This document shows positions 9,994 through 19,170 of a DNA stretch of 27,351 bases, piece by piece (position 1 is the first letter of the stretch; each line of letters opens with the position of its first letter). Under the pieces are notes generated by a model. The model saw nothing but the letters and a program-made list of their open reading frames with translations. It searched no databases and was not told the origin of the DNA. Both the position numbers and the translations under genes were made by a program. The stretch covers positions 1 to 27,351 of the forward strand of contig DASZII010000005.1 of NCBI GenBank assembly GCA_035949275.1. The letters are read 5' to 3'. The DNA comes from Minisyncoccota bacterium (GTDB lineage Bacteria > Patescibacteriota > Minisyncoccia > Phycocordibacterales > UBA2100).

Positions 9994-12885
9994 TTAATTG
10001 AATTCTATCGTCGTATGCGTCGTTCGCTGGATGATATCCAGATTTTTCTCGACAACGGCACGCTGATCGGCAGAAAAAGCGGCTTTATAAGTCGCATTTT
10101 CTCCAGGTTTTAAGCCACTTTCTTTCCTGAACGCTTGAACTTCGCGTATCGCCTCGCGCACCAGCCCCTCCTCCCACAGCTGGTCGGTGATGCTCGTATC
10201 GAGGGCAACCTCGCCCGCGTTCACGCCCGCAGAGATGGAAACGTTTTTGACATTCACTTCATCGGCGATTATCGAGAGAAGTTCCGCCTGCATCGGAAGA
10301 GTTTCGAAATCGACGGCGGAAACTTCGAGTTTCGAAAGCGGCTGGCGAACGCGGATGCCGCTCTTGTCGCGCGCTTCGAGGGCGCGGGAAACGGTTTTGC
10401 GCACGAGCGCCATCGCGTGGAGAATACGGGGTTCGGATGCGTTCCTTCCAAAAAGCCGCTCAAGGAACCCCGGCTCTTCCGGTTCCGGCCAAGATTCCAA
10501 ATGTACGCTTTCTTCCCTGCCGCCGAGGCCTTCGTACAAACTTTCCGCAATGAACGGCATAACCGGAGCGACGATACGGGCGAGGTGGAAGAGCACGTGG
10601 CGCTGCGTCGCGAGCGTGAACTGCTTGTCTTGCACGTCATCGCCCTTTGCGCGCTCGCGCGAGCGGCGAACATACCAGGTCGAGTAATCGTCTATAAATT
10701 CCTTGATCAAACGACACCCTTCGGGCATATCGTAAGCGTCGAACGCTTTTGTCGTTCCCTCTTCGAGTTCGGAAAGCCGTGCGAGGACCCAAAGATCGAG
10801 CGGATGCGTGCTGCCCTCCCATTTCGTCTTTCCGTCATACTCACTTTTATAGAGCTCGAAGAATTTGTAGCAATTCCAGAGCATTTGCACGACCCGGTTG
10901 TGTGCGTCGCGTACGTCTTCGTCGCGGAACCGAATGTCCTCGGCCTGCATCACGGGACTAGACATGAGGTTGAAGCGCATAGCATCGGCTCCGTACATGG
11001 CGATCAGATGCAGCGGGTCGGTATAGTTGCCTCTCGACTTCGAGATCTTCCGCCCATCGGCCGCGAGCACGGTTCCCGTCGAAACAACATTCTTGAACGC
11101 GAGCCGGTCAAAAAGAAGAACGCCCATCGCGTGCATGTAGTAGAACCACGTGCGCGTCTGCGCGATGTACTCCGCGATGAAATCCCCCGGCGCACGCTTC
11201 TCGAACTCCTGTTTGTTCTCGAACGGATAGTGATATTCCGCGAACGGCATCGAGCCGGATTCCACCCAGCAATCGACGACCTCCGGCACGCGGCGCATCT
11301 CGCCGCCGCAGTTACATTTCCACGAGTATTCATCGATGTATGGCCGGTGCAGGTCGTCCGGCGCGCCTCCCGTTTTTTCTTTGAGTTCCGAAACAGACCC
11401 TAAAACCTCGATTTTTTGGCACTTTTGGCATTTCCAGATCGGCAGCGGCGACGCCCAGAAGCGGTTGCGCGAGATCGTCCAATCCGGCGCGCTCTCGACG
11501 ATGTTGCCAAATCGCCCATGCTTCAAATGCTCCGGTATCCAGTTCACTTTTTCGTTTTCCTCTAGCATCCGCTGTTTGATCGTCTTATGCTTCCCTTTCG
11601 GCGCTTTGTTGATGCCGAGGAACCACGACGGGACTGCGTTGTAGATGAGCGGCGTGCCGCAGCGGTAGCAGTGCGGGTACGAGTGCGTGTGGTTTTTTCT
11701 GTCGAACAAAAGTCCGCGCGATTCGAGATCGTGTTTGATATCCTTTTCCGCAGCCTTGATATACTTTCCGCGCAAAAATTCCGGCGCGACATCGTTGTAG
11801 TGCGCGCCAGGGTCGAGCATCTGCACCATCGACAATCCTTCCTTCTCGCCGAGCGTATAGTCATCCTCGCCGTACATCACCGCGGTATGCACAATGCCGG
11901 TTCCTTCATCCGTCGCAACGAAATCTGCTGCGTAGACTTTGTAGGACTTATCGGATTTCAAAGCGGGAATGTCGAATAGCGGTTCATATTCAATTCCAAT
12001 CAACTTCGCACCTATGAAAGGTTTGGTTGCTTCTTCTAGGAGAGCGGCAACGGAAATCGCTTGAACACGAGCACGCGCAAAAATTCCGTACGCGGCTTTC
12101 TGCCCGTCTAATTGGTTCAGCTTTGCCACAACATATTCAATCTCTTTCCCAACAGCCAACGCAACGTTGCCTGGCAGAGTCCACGGTGTTGTCGTCCATG
12201 CCAACAAAAAAGTATTTTCCGGAAGCCCATGTTTCTTGGGAGCTTTAACTTTGAATTTCACAGTCACCGCTTCCTCGGTGATGTCCTTGTAGGTGTTGTC
12301 CATCGCGATCTCTGCTTTCGCGAGCGGCGTTTCATCGTGCGGGCAATACATGAGGACCTTGCGGCCTTCGTAGAGAAGATCTTTTTTCCAAAGCTCCTTC
12401 AGCGCCCACCACACCGATTCGATGTAGGTGTTGTCCATCGTCTTGTACGAATTTTCGAAGTCCACCCAGCGGCCGATGCGTTCGATATATTTTTCCCAAT
12501 CGTGTACGAACTGCAGCACCATCGAGCGGGCTTTCTCGTTGAAGACCCCGACCCCGATCGTTTCAATATCTTTGCGAGTTTTGATACCGAGTTCTTTTTC
12601 AACAAGGGTTTCGATCGGAAGCCCGTGGCAATCCCAACCCCAGCGCCGGCGTACGCGATAGCCGCGCATCGTTTTGTAGCGCGGCACGACATCCTTGATT
12701 ATCGAAGAAAGCAGCGACCCGTGGTGCGGCAATCCGGTGGCGAAGGGCGGTCCGTCATAAAAGACGAACTCGCCTTTTGGCGCCTCTTTCTCCAACGATT
12801 TCTTGAAAATATCGCTCTCTTTCCAGAACGCGAGGACGTCCTCCTCGCGCTTCGCGACCTCCGTTTTTTGTTGATTTTCAGCCAT
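9994..12885 (-). CDS. ileS: Isoleucyl-tRNA synthetase, type 2
   Basis: FYDGPPFATGLP, GWDCHGLPIE, WTTTPWTLPGN, GTGIVHTA, DWTISRNRFWASPLP, AEYIAQTRTWFY and KISKS motifs. Confidence 0.98.
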   Translation of the reverse strand: MAENQQKTEVAKREEDVLAFWKESDIFKKSLEKEAPKGEFVFYDGPPFATGLPHHGSLLSSIIKDVVPRYKTMRGYRVRRRWGWDCHGLPIETLVEKELGIKTRKDIETIGVGVFNEKARSMVLQFVHDWEKYIERIGRWVDFENSYKTMDNTYIESVWWALKELWKKDLLYEGRKVLMYCPHDETPLAKAEIAMDNTYKDITEEAVTVKFKVKAPKKHGLPENTFLLAWTTTPWTLPGNVALAVGKEIEYVVAKLNQLDGQKAAYGIFARARVQAISVAALLEEATKPFIGAKLIGIEYEPLFDIPALKSDKSYKVYAADFVATDEGTGIVHTAVMYGEDDYTLGEKEGLSMVQMLDPGAHYNDVAPEFLRGKYIKAAEKDIKHDLESRGLLFDRKNHTHSYPHCYRCGTPLIYNAVPSWFLGINKAPKGKHKTIKQRMLEENEKVNWIPEHLKHGRFGNIVESAPDWTISRNRFWASPLPIWKCQKCQKIEVLGSVSELKEKTGGAPDDLHRPYIDEYSWKCNCGGEMRRVPEVVDCWVESGSMPFAEYHYPFENKQEFEKRAPGDFIAEYIAQTRTWFYYMHAMGVLLFDRLAFKNVVSTGTVLAADGRKISKSRGNYTDPLHLIAMYGADAMRFNLMSSPVMQAEDIRFRDEDVRDAHNRVVQMLWNCYKFFELYKSEYDGKTKWEGSTHPLDLWVLARLSELEEGTTKAFDAYDMPEGCRLIKEFIDDYSTWYVRRSRERAKGDDVQDKQFTLATQRHVLFHLARIVAPVMPFIAESLYEGLGGREESVHLESWPEPEEPGFLERLFGRNASEPRILHAMALVRKTVSRALEARDKSGIRVRQPLSKLEVSAVDFETLPMQAELLSIIADEVNVKNVSISAGVNAGEVALDTSITDQLWEEGLVREAIREVQAFRKESGLKPGENATYKAAFSADQRAVVEKNLDIIQRTTHTTIEFN

Positions 12886-12900
12886 TTCAGATATGGTAAC

Positions 12901-12934
12901 AAAAAAAGCGAGCCGTCGCGACGCCGCGGCGGCT
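12901..12934 (-). terminator. Terminator-like hairpin with U-tract just upstream of the ileS -10 box
   Basis: AGCCGTCGCG-ACGC-CGCGGCGGCT stem next to an A7 run, which is T7 on the minus strand. Confidence 0.55.
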
Positions 12935-12939
12935 GCTCC

Positions 12940-13190
12940 TCAATTGCGGGGACCCTGCTCAGGACATGGGTATCGCATGCACCAAACTGTGGCGTTCCTC
13001 GAACCACCTCAGGTCGGCGGACGAATTGCAGATACCCTCGACCGGTCTTCCGCCGTTCAGCGCATAGACGGCCTTTGGATAACCCGGCTCGTACCTAACG
13101 AGGCTAGGCGGACTGTCGTTGGCTTGTTGGTTCAAAGCGGACCTCCTCGGGTGCGCAATGGGACCTCCCATTGCTATACTCAAGAGTATT
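12940..13190. other. Unassigned, highly foldable intergenic element (structured ncRNA, or a 70-aa minus-strand ORF at 12959..13171)
   Basis: Several nested stems found by eye (see findings). No recognised RNA family matches fully. Confidence 0.4.
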
Positions 13191-13231
13191 TCGGAATCGA
13201 AAAAAACGCAATCGTCCTTCTGTTCATATTA

Positions 13232-14836
13232 TTATTTCTTAGGCGGAATCCAATGCACTTCGATAAGCCCAAGATGTCCGAGACGGGCGCGAATTGCGCC
13301 TGATTTACGGCCGAAGCGTTTGGCGATGTCCGCATTCGAGGCGTTCTCGGCGAACATCTTTTTGAGCGTTTCGTCGTCCTCGTTGCTCCATTTTCTGCCG
13401 ACGTTCGGATACTTCTCGCGCAGTGTTTCCAACTTGCTTTTCACAGGCTGCGCGACCTCCATCTGACGCGGTTCGTGCGCACCGATCGCCCGCAGGAAAT
13501 TCTTTTCGAGTTTCTCTTTTTCGCTCTGCGGCAGTGCGGCGAACTTTTTCCGTGCGGCATCGGAGTAACCCCGGAAATGTCGGTCGGCCGCGGCGACTTT
13601 CGGATGTAATTGCAGCGCGCGCTCATTGAAACCTTCGAGATGAAGCCCTTCCAACGTCCGCACGCGCGAGATCGCCACGTACCCCTGCCCGAACTCGAAC
13701 GCCTGCGAAAGGTCGATGACCGCCGCGTCGAGCGACATTCCCTGCGACTTGTGCACGGTGATCGCCCAAGCGAGCCGGAGCGGTATCTGCGTGATCTTCG
13801 CGAGCAATTTGTTGCCGTCCTGGATGGCCCAATCGACCGGCTCGACGGTGATCGTAGTGTTCTTCGTCTTTATGATCGGCGCTCCGAGCGGATTGAACCC
13901 GATGACCTCGCCAAGCGTGCCGTTCACGTAGCCCATATCGAAATTGTTGCGCGTGAAGAGGACTTTTGCTCCCTCTTTGAGTTCGAGCACTTCGGGCGAA
14001 AGGCATTCTGCTTTCAACGATTCGACGAGCGCTCTGGGTCCGCGCGCGATCATGTGAAAGACATGCGATGGATTTTGTATCTCCTTGAGCGACTCTTGAT
14101 TGATGCGATCGACGTTCTCGTTGTGCGGATACAGGCGCGTAGCAACGCTTTGTTTTGAAAGAACGCCGGCGCGCGACCGCAGCGTAGTCCGATGTGTACC
14201 GCTCAACGTGCCCCGGCGGAATGCGCCGAGCAGTTCCAAAAAATCGCCGTCTTCCTGCCGATGTTGCTCATTGAGGTAACAAATAATGGGATTTGCCTCT
14301 TTCCACGTGGACGACTCGAACGCGAATCCCGACGCTTCGGTCGAGACCCCGACCTCCCGGGAGCGTCGGGGCTTCGTTCTGCTTGTTGATATCGGCGGTA
14401 GCTGAAAAAAATCGCCGACGAATACGACCTGCAGTCCCCCGAAGGGCTCCTCTTCGCGCATCGGTCGGCGACGCAGCGTCCGCAGCACACGGTCGACGCT
14501 CGCGAGCGTTTGCGCGTCGAGCATGGATATCTCGTCGATAATGAGCACCTTCGCCTCGATGATCCGCCGCGCCGTTTTCTCACGGCTTTGAATGAGCTCG
14601 ATGTCGTGGTCGCTTACATTCGATTTGATTCCGATGCCGCTCCACGAGTGGATGGTCATGCCGTTGATGTGCGTCGCCGCGATGCCGGTCGAAGCCGTCA
14701 CCGCCGGCTCGACGCCGCGCTCTCGCAACCATTGCACGTATCTGTTTATCGTATGCGTCTTCCCGCTCCCGGGCTCGCCGGTCAGAAATACATTGAGCCC
14801 TGTTCTCAAAATAGCGAAAGCTTCATCCTGCGTCAT
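13232..14836 (-). CDS. PIF1-family (SF1B) DNA helicase with small C-terminal HTH-like domain
   Basis: GEPGSGKT, TIHSWSGIG, IIDEISM, GDFFQLPP, RLAWAITVHKSQGMSLD and GQGYVAISR motifs. Confidence 0.92.
   Translation of the reverse strand: MTQDEAFAILRTGLNVFLTGEPGSGKTHTINRYVQWLRERGVEPAVTASTGIAATHINGMTIHSWSGIGIKSNVSDHDIELIQSREKTARRIIEAKVLIIDEISMLDAQTLASVDRVLRTLRRRPMREEEPFGGLQVVFVGDFFQLPPISTSRTKPRRSREVGVSTEASGFAFESSTWKEANPIICYLNEQHRQEDGDFLELLGAFRRGTLSGTHRTTLRSRAGVLSKQSVATRLYPHNENVDRINQESLKEIQNPSHVFHMIARGPRALVESLKAECLSPEVLELKEGAKVLFTRNNFDMGYVNGTLGEVIGFNPLGAPIIKTKNTTITVEPVDWAIQDGNKLLAKITQIPLRLAWAITVHKSQGMSLDAAVIDLSQAFEFGQGYVAISRVRTLEGLHLEGFNERALQLHPKVAAADRHFRGYSDAARKKFAALPQSEKEKLEKNFLRAIGAHEPRQMEVAQPVKSKLETLREKYPNVGRKWSNEDDETLKKMFAENASNADIAKRFGRKSGAIRARLGHLGLIEVHWIPPKK
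14328..14370. repeat. Branched palindromic element in frame in the helicase (within KPRRSREVGVSTEASG)
   Basis: Outer arms CCCGACGCT/AGCGTCGGG (9 bp), inner hairpin GGTCG/CGACC, and palindrome TCCCGGGA. Confidence 0.65.
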
Positions 14837-14926
14837 ACATGCAAGTTTACCTGCCGTAGAGGCGAGGTCTATACGAAAAAACTGAAAGGAGTAATCGGCC
14901 CTGGGCCGAGGGTCATCGATAGTATC

Positions 14927-15475
14927 TCACGGATCCGGCAAAAGGCTACGCTCCAGCCTACGCAATTCCCTTCGACGTTCACGGTGATCGGGGATCGTCT
15001 TCGCAACCAGGGTCCAGAACCGCTCCGAATGATTCATCTCACGCAGATGGCACAGTTCATGCACAACAAGGTAGTCGGCGAGGCGCGGTGGTAGAAAGAC
15101 GATCCGGTAATTGAACGACAGAACGCCTTTGTGCGAACAGCTCCCCCAGCGGCTCTTTTGGTTGCGGATGATTATTTTCGAAACAGGGACGCGATAGAAA
15201 GAATTGAGATGCGAAACGCGGCGCGCGACGAGATCATGCGCCGCGTCTTTGTACTTACGGTATTCCTTTTTTGAGGATTCGATGTACGACGTCTTCGGCA
15301 ACTTCGAGAATTTTTCTTGTGCTTGCGCTATCCATTGCTCACATTCTCGAATGAATGCCTCGACCTGCCGCATCGAAATCCGCCGCGGCTTCGTGACGTA
15401 CACGAAGCCATCACGCCGCACTGTAATATTAATGCGTTTTGCGCGCGGATGTTCGCGAAGCGAGTATGAGATCAT
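14927..15475 (-). CDS. M48-family / SprT-like (YgjP, DUF45) zinc metalloprotease
   Basis: RNQKSRWGSCS and YLVVHELCHLREMNHSERFW (HExxH). Confidence 0.9.
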   Translation of the reverse strand: MISYSLREHPRAKRINITVRRDGFVYVTKPRRISMRQVEAFIRECEQWIAQAQEKFSKLPKTSYIESSKKEYRKYKDAAHDLVARRVSHLNSFYRVPVSKIIIRNQKSRWGSCSHKGVLSFNYRIVFLPPRLADYLVVHELCHLREMNHSERFWTLVAKTIPDHRERRRELRRLERSLLPDP

Positions 15476-15499
15476 TTATGGAAGTGTAACAAAATTTTT

Positions 15500-15526
15500 A
15501 GCCGTCGCGCAGGGAGCGCGATGGCT
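15500..15526. terminator. Terminator-like hairpin between the argS region and the M48 promoter
   Basis: AGCCGTCGCGC-AGGGA-GCGCGATGGCT with T/A tracts on both sides. Confidence 0.6.
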
Positions 15527-15554
15527 TTTGAGTACGGCCTCCAGGATGGTTCCG

Positions 15555-15826
15555 TCAGGGCGCGGCGGACAACCGGTCGATGATCCGCGGACGTGCAGCG
15601 AGCATCGAGGCGATCTGCAAATGCAGGTCGGTCTCCGGACACCGTCCGGTAAAAAGGGCGACGGTGTCGAGCATGAGAACCCCCTTGCCCTCAAGCAGGC
15701 ACAGGTCCTTCACGACGCCCTTCCAATCGGGATTCGCCGAAGGATCTTTTTCCGCACCCCGGCGTCATGCCGAATGCCGACGCCAACGATCCCGCTCCCC
15801 GTCCCGACAACAGTCGGTCCGCTCAT
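15555..15826 (-). pseudogene. Small unknown gene: either frameshifted ~90 aa, or two coupled ORFs (15710..15826, 38 aa; 15555..15713, 52 aa)
   Basis: Coding-like codon pattern in both segments, a GTGA stop/start overlap at 15710-15713, and a G4 run at 15757-15760 where losing one G would fuse the frames. Confidence 0.35.
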
Positions 15827-15891
15827 TTGTTCCGTCTCTTTGTGGGCGGAAATGCCCGCGCTACAATACAACGAAGCTGTCTTTTCGCCAA

Positions 15892-17571
15892 CTACATCTT
15901 CTCCGGCGCGGGAATGCCGAGGAGCCAAAGACCGTTCTTGAGCGTGCGGGCGACGGCTGCGGTGAGCGCGACCTTGTGCGCGGCGGTTGCTGTACCGTCC
16001 AGTATCTGCTCTTTCGCGTACCAACTATTGAACTCGCTCGCGATCTGCAGGAGATAATTCGTGATCAGATGCGGTTCGTGTTCGGCAGCGGCGCGTTCAA
16101 CGACTTCCGGAAATCGATGCAACGATCGGGAAAGTTCGGTCGGTTGCGCGCCAACATCGAAAGTTGCCACGACATTTTGTTCTTTCGCCTTTTCAAGGAT
16201 CGCCCGCGCCCGAGCATGCGCATATTGCAGATACGGTCCCGAATCGCCCTCAAGTGAGAGCGCTTTTTCTTTGTCGAACATCATATTTTTGCCGGAGCCT
16301 TGTTTGAGAAGCTGGTATTTTATGGCTGCGGTGGCGACATCTTTTGCCAGTCTCGTTTTGTCCGATGCCCGGCTTTCGGCGGCGCGTTCATTCGCACTTT
16401 TCTCGAGGTCCATAAGCAAGGATTCTCCCGTCAGGACGTTGCCTTTGCGCGATGACATTTTGCCCGTTGTAAGGGTCAGAAATCCCGTCGGAATATGACG
16501 GATCGTCTTCGCCCCCGCGCCGGGAAATAGTTTTTTGATCGCAGCAATAACGACTTTGAAGTACTCGGACTGTTCAGCACCGGTGACGACGAACGAACTT
16601 GTCCAATCGGGGAATTTCCCGATCTTTAGTTCAAAATTACCGACGTCTTTTGCCTCGTAGGTCGGAAGCCCCGCGGAATTAACGAATACTCGCGTGTGCA
16701 ACCCTTCACTTTCACCCTTGTACACGATCGCACCGTCGCTCTTTTCGAACACATCTCCGACATGTGCGAGTACGATATCCCGGCCGACAGGGGCGGCCTC
16801 GCTCTCGAATATCTCCGCGTCGAATTTCGTGCCGAGTTGTTCGCAGATAGCATCCAGGTGCCGACGCGACGTTTCGACTCCGGCTTTGCGCAATGCGCTC
16901 AACTGTGGGTCCGTGTCCTCGTACAGCTTTTTATTCACTTCGTCGATCTCGATTTTCGCCGCAGGATCATTCTCGTACCCCTCATTGCCAATCCGATACG
17001 CTTCGCCGAGCGCCTTGATGTCACTCGGATCTCCGGATGTTTTTCGGAGCCCCCAAACGCCTTTGGCGACCGTAAGGCCGATATCAGAGGGGTAATTAAT
17101 GCGTTCCACATGCGCTCCGGAAAATTGCATGAGCCGCGAAAGCGATTCTCCGAGAATGTTCCCGACCAAATTCCCGATATGGAGAGGTTTAAAAAGATTC
17201 GGGCTCGTATATTCTATGAGCACGACCTGGCCTTGCAGATAGGAATTCGCGCCCCACCTATCGGTTTCGACCGCGTCTTTGACCGAACCCGCCAATACTC
17301 CCGCCGACAAATAAAAATTGATGAATCCCGGTCCGGCGATGTCTATCTTCGAAATACCTTCGACGGAACCGAGTTCAGCGACGATTTTTTCCGCGAGTGC
17401 ACGGGGAGCCGTATCGGCCTCTTTTGCATATTTCAAAGCGATACCGGTCGCATAATCACCATGCGAAAGTTCGGTCGGAAATTCGAGCGGCACATCTCGC
17501 GGCGCGATCTCTACACCGCTTCTCTTCAGCGCTTCAGAAAGCGCTTGCTGTATAGCTTTTTTCACCTCCAC
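15892..17571 (-). CDS. argS: Arginyl-tRNA synthetase
   Basis: HGDYATGIA, AGPGFINF, IEYTSPNLFKPLHIGN, GKMSSRKGN and GDSGPYLQYAHAR motifs. GTG start 6 nt after TACAAT. Confidence 0.97.
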   Translation of the reverse strand: MEVKKAIQQALSEALKRSGVEIAPRDVPLEFPTELSHGDYATGIALKYAKEADTAPRALAEKIVAELGSVEGISKIDIAGPGFINFYLSAGVLAGSVKDAVETDRWGANSYLQGQVVLIEYTSPNLFKPLHIGNLVGNILGESLSRLMQFSGAHVERINYPSDIGLTVAKGVWGLRKTSGDPSDIKALGEAYRIGNEGYENDPAAKIEIDEVNKKLYEDTDPQLSALRKAGVETSRRHLDAICEQLGTKFDAEIFESEAAPVGRDIVLAHVGDVFEKSDGAIVYKGESEGLHTRVFVNSAGLPTYEAKDVGNFELKIGKFPDWTSSFVVTGAEQSEYFKVVIAAIKKLFPGAGAKTIRHIPTGFLTLTTGKMSSRKGNVLTGESLLMDLEKSANERAAESRASDKTRLAKDVATAAIKYQLLKQGSGKNMMFDKEKALSLEGDSGPYLQYAHARARAILEKAKEQNVVATFDVGAQPTELSRSLHRFPEVVERAAAEHEPHLITNYLLQIASEFNSWYAKEQILDGTATAAHKVALTAAVARTLKNGLWLLGIPAPEKM

Positions 17572-17575
17572 GAAG

Positions 17576-18208
17576 CTATTGTACAGCCTTCCAAACCAAT
17601 TCGTGAACCTCCTCGGGCGAGCGCAGTCTGCCGTTCTTTACGCACGGGACGACGCGCCACCCCTTGCGTTTCGCGAGCTGAAGGTACACTTGGGCGACGC
17701 GGCGTTGATACCCCACGTTCTTTTCATACTGGTCTTTTTTCTTTCCCCGCAGATTCTTTTGTGCCCGCGCGACCGGCATGTCGAGATACAAGACGAGGTC
17801 AGGCTTTGGCAACTTGAATTCGCGAAACATGAATTGATCGACGAGATCGAGGAATGCCTTGCGTTCTTTCTGGGGCAACTTCGCTGCGTGGTATGCAGAG
17901 GTCGAAGAAACATAGCGATCCGAGATGACGACACCTTTCTTGAGCGCTGCGACGAGATCCGCCCGTGCAGCCGCGAAATCTAGAAAATACGGCGTGGCAG
18001 CCAGATAGGCATTCAATCCTACGAAATCGCCGAATTCGCCGTGAAGCGCGCGTTTTACCAATTGGCCAGTCGGAGTTTTATAGCGGGGCGAAGATACACT
18101 CGTGAAGCGAACGCCTGCCTTGCGCAAGCGCTCTCCCAATAATTTCATCTGCGTCCCTTTTCCAACGCCGTCGATACCTTCGAGAACGATGAATTTAGGC
18201 TTCCGCAT
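17576..18208 (-). CDS. tmk: Thymidylate kinase
   Basis: [16 protein letters not shown]-loop, VISDRY and [10 protein letters not shown] motifs. Confidence 0.92.
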   Translation of the reverse strand: MRKPKFIVLEGIDGVGKGTQMKLLGERLRKAGVRFTSVSSPRYKTPTGQLVKRALHGEFGDFVGLNAYLAATPYFLDFAAARADLVAALKKGVVISDRYVSSTSAYHAAKLPQKERKAFLDLVDQFMFREFKLPKPDLVLYLDMPVARAQKNLRGKKKDQYEKNVGYQRRVAQVYLQLAKRKGWRVVPCVKNGRLRSPEEVHELVWKAVQ

Positions 18209-18617
18209 CTATGCCCATTGATCGCGCCGTTCCGGCGATGATCTTTTTGGCTTGCGCGAGGTCCGGCGCGTTGAGGTCCTCCATTTTCTCCTGCGCGATC
18301 TCTTCGAGCTGCTGTCTGGAAAGCTTGGCGACTTTGTTCTGCGGCTTCGACGATCCCTTCTCAAGCCCTAGCTTCTTCAAAATAAGTCGCGAGGCCGGCG
18401 GCTTTTTGACGATGAATGTGAATGAGCGGTCTTTGTAGACCGTCATCAGGACCGGCACGACATTGCCCATCATGGGGCGCGTTTGGTTGTTGAACTGGTT
18501 GACGAATTCGCCGATGTTGACGCCCGCAGGTCCGAGCGCGGTGCCGACCGGCGGCGCAGGGGTTGCCTGCCCCGCGGGGATCTGCAATTTGATCATTTTG
18601 GTGATTTCTTTTGCCAT
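18195..18617 (-). CDS. rplK: 50S ribosomal protein L11
   Basis: [34 protein letters not shown] and GTARSMGI. Confidence 0.98.
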   Translation of the reverse strand: MAKEITKMIKLQIPAGQATPAPPVGTALGPAGVNIGEFVNQFNNQTRPMMGNVVPVLMTVYKDRSFTFIVKKPPASRLILKKLGLEKGSSKPQNKVAKLSRQQLEEIAQEKMEDLNAPDLAQAKKIIAGTARSMGIDAEA

Positions 18618-18622
18618 ATGGA

Positions 18623-19168
18623 TCAGATGCGCTGGACTTGATCGGCTTCGAGCTCCACCGGAGTTTCGCGGCCGAACATCGGAACCAATACTTTAACTTT
18701 TCCTCGCTCTTCGTCAATCTCGCCGACTTTGCCTTCAAGGTCTTTAAACGGGCCATCGATGATGCTGACGGCGTCGCCCGGCGCGAGGTCGATCGCGTGG
18801 CGCACCTGCTCGCCGCTTGAGCGCTTCAAAATTTTCTCGACCTCTTCCGGAGAAAGCGGTACGGCCTGATTCGCGGTGCCGACAAAGCCGGTCACCTGCG
18901 GCGTGTTGCGCACGACCGACCACGCCTCATCGGTCGCGATCATATCCACGAGCACGTAGCCGGGGAAGATCTTCTCGCGGGCTTCGGTCTTGCGCCCGTT
19001 CTTTATTTTTATTTTCTTTTCGGTCGGGACGACGACATTGAAGATCCTGTCGGTCATGCTGAAGGATTCGATGCGCTGCTTCAAATTGCGTGCGACCGCA
19101 TCCTCATACCCGGAGTACGTGTGTACCGCGTACCATTGCCGCTCGGTTCCGTGCGTTTGTTTTGCCAT
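18623..19168 (-). CDS. nusG: Transcription termination/antitermination factor NusG
   Basis: [32 protein letters not shown], and KOW motif [11 protein letters not shown]...[10 protein letters not shown]. Confidence 0.98.
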   Translation of the reverse strand: MAKQTHGTERQWYAVHTYSGYEDAVARNLKQRIESFSMTDRIFNVVVPTEKKIKIKNGRKTEAREKIFPGYVLVDMIATDEAWSVVRNTPQVTGFVGTANQAVPLSPEEVEKILKRSSGEQVRHAIDLAPGDAVSIIDGPFKDLEGKVGEIDEERGKVKVLVPMFGRETPVELEADQVQRI

Positions 19169-19170
19169 AG

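Noticed and set aside
13000-13010. T-box riboswitch upstream of ileS (GAGGTGGTTCG on the minus strand)
   Set aside because: It lacks the UGGNACC bulge, is too far from the terminator hairpin, and ileS has its own -10 box downstream of the hairpin.
12975-13123. tmRNA (GCCAACGAC = Ala-Asn-Asp and GGTGCATGC on the minus strand)
   Set aside because: No tRNA-like acceptor or T-arm with CCA, no short tag ending in a stop, and the elements are in the wrong context.
13081-13148. RNase P or SRP RNA (AACCCGGCT, GAGGAGGTCC, AGCAGCC fragments)
   Set aside because: The two RNase P-like fragments are on opposite strands. No GNRA-capped SRP helix 8 is present.
14895-15649. Isolated 6+3+6 mini-hairpins (14895-14909, 15635-15649) as members of the aclB element family
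   Set aside because: Several such hairpins are expected by chance in 27 kb at this GC content, and their sequences differ.
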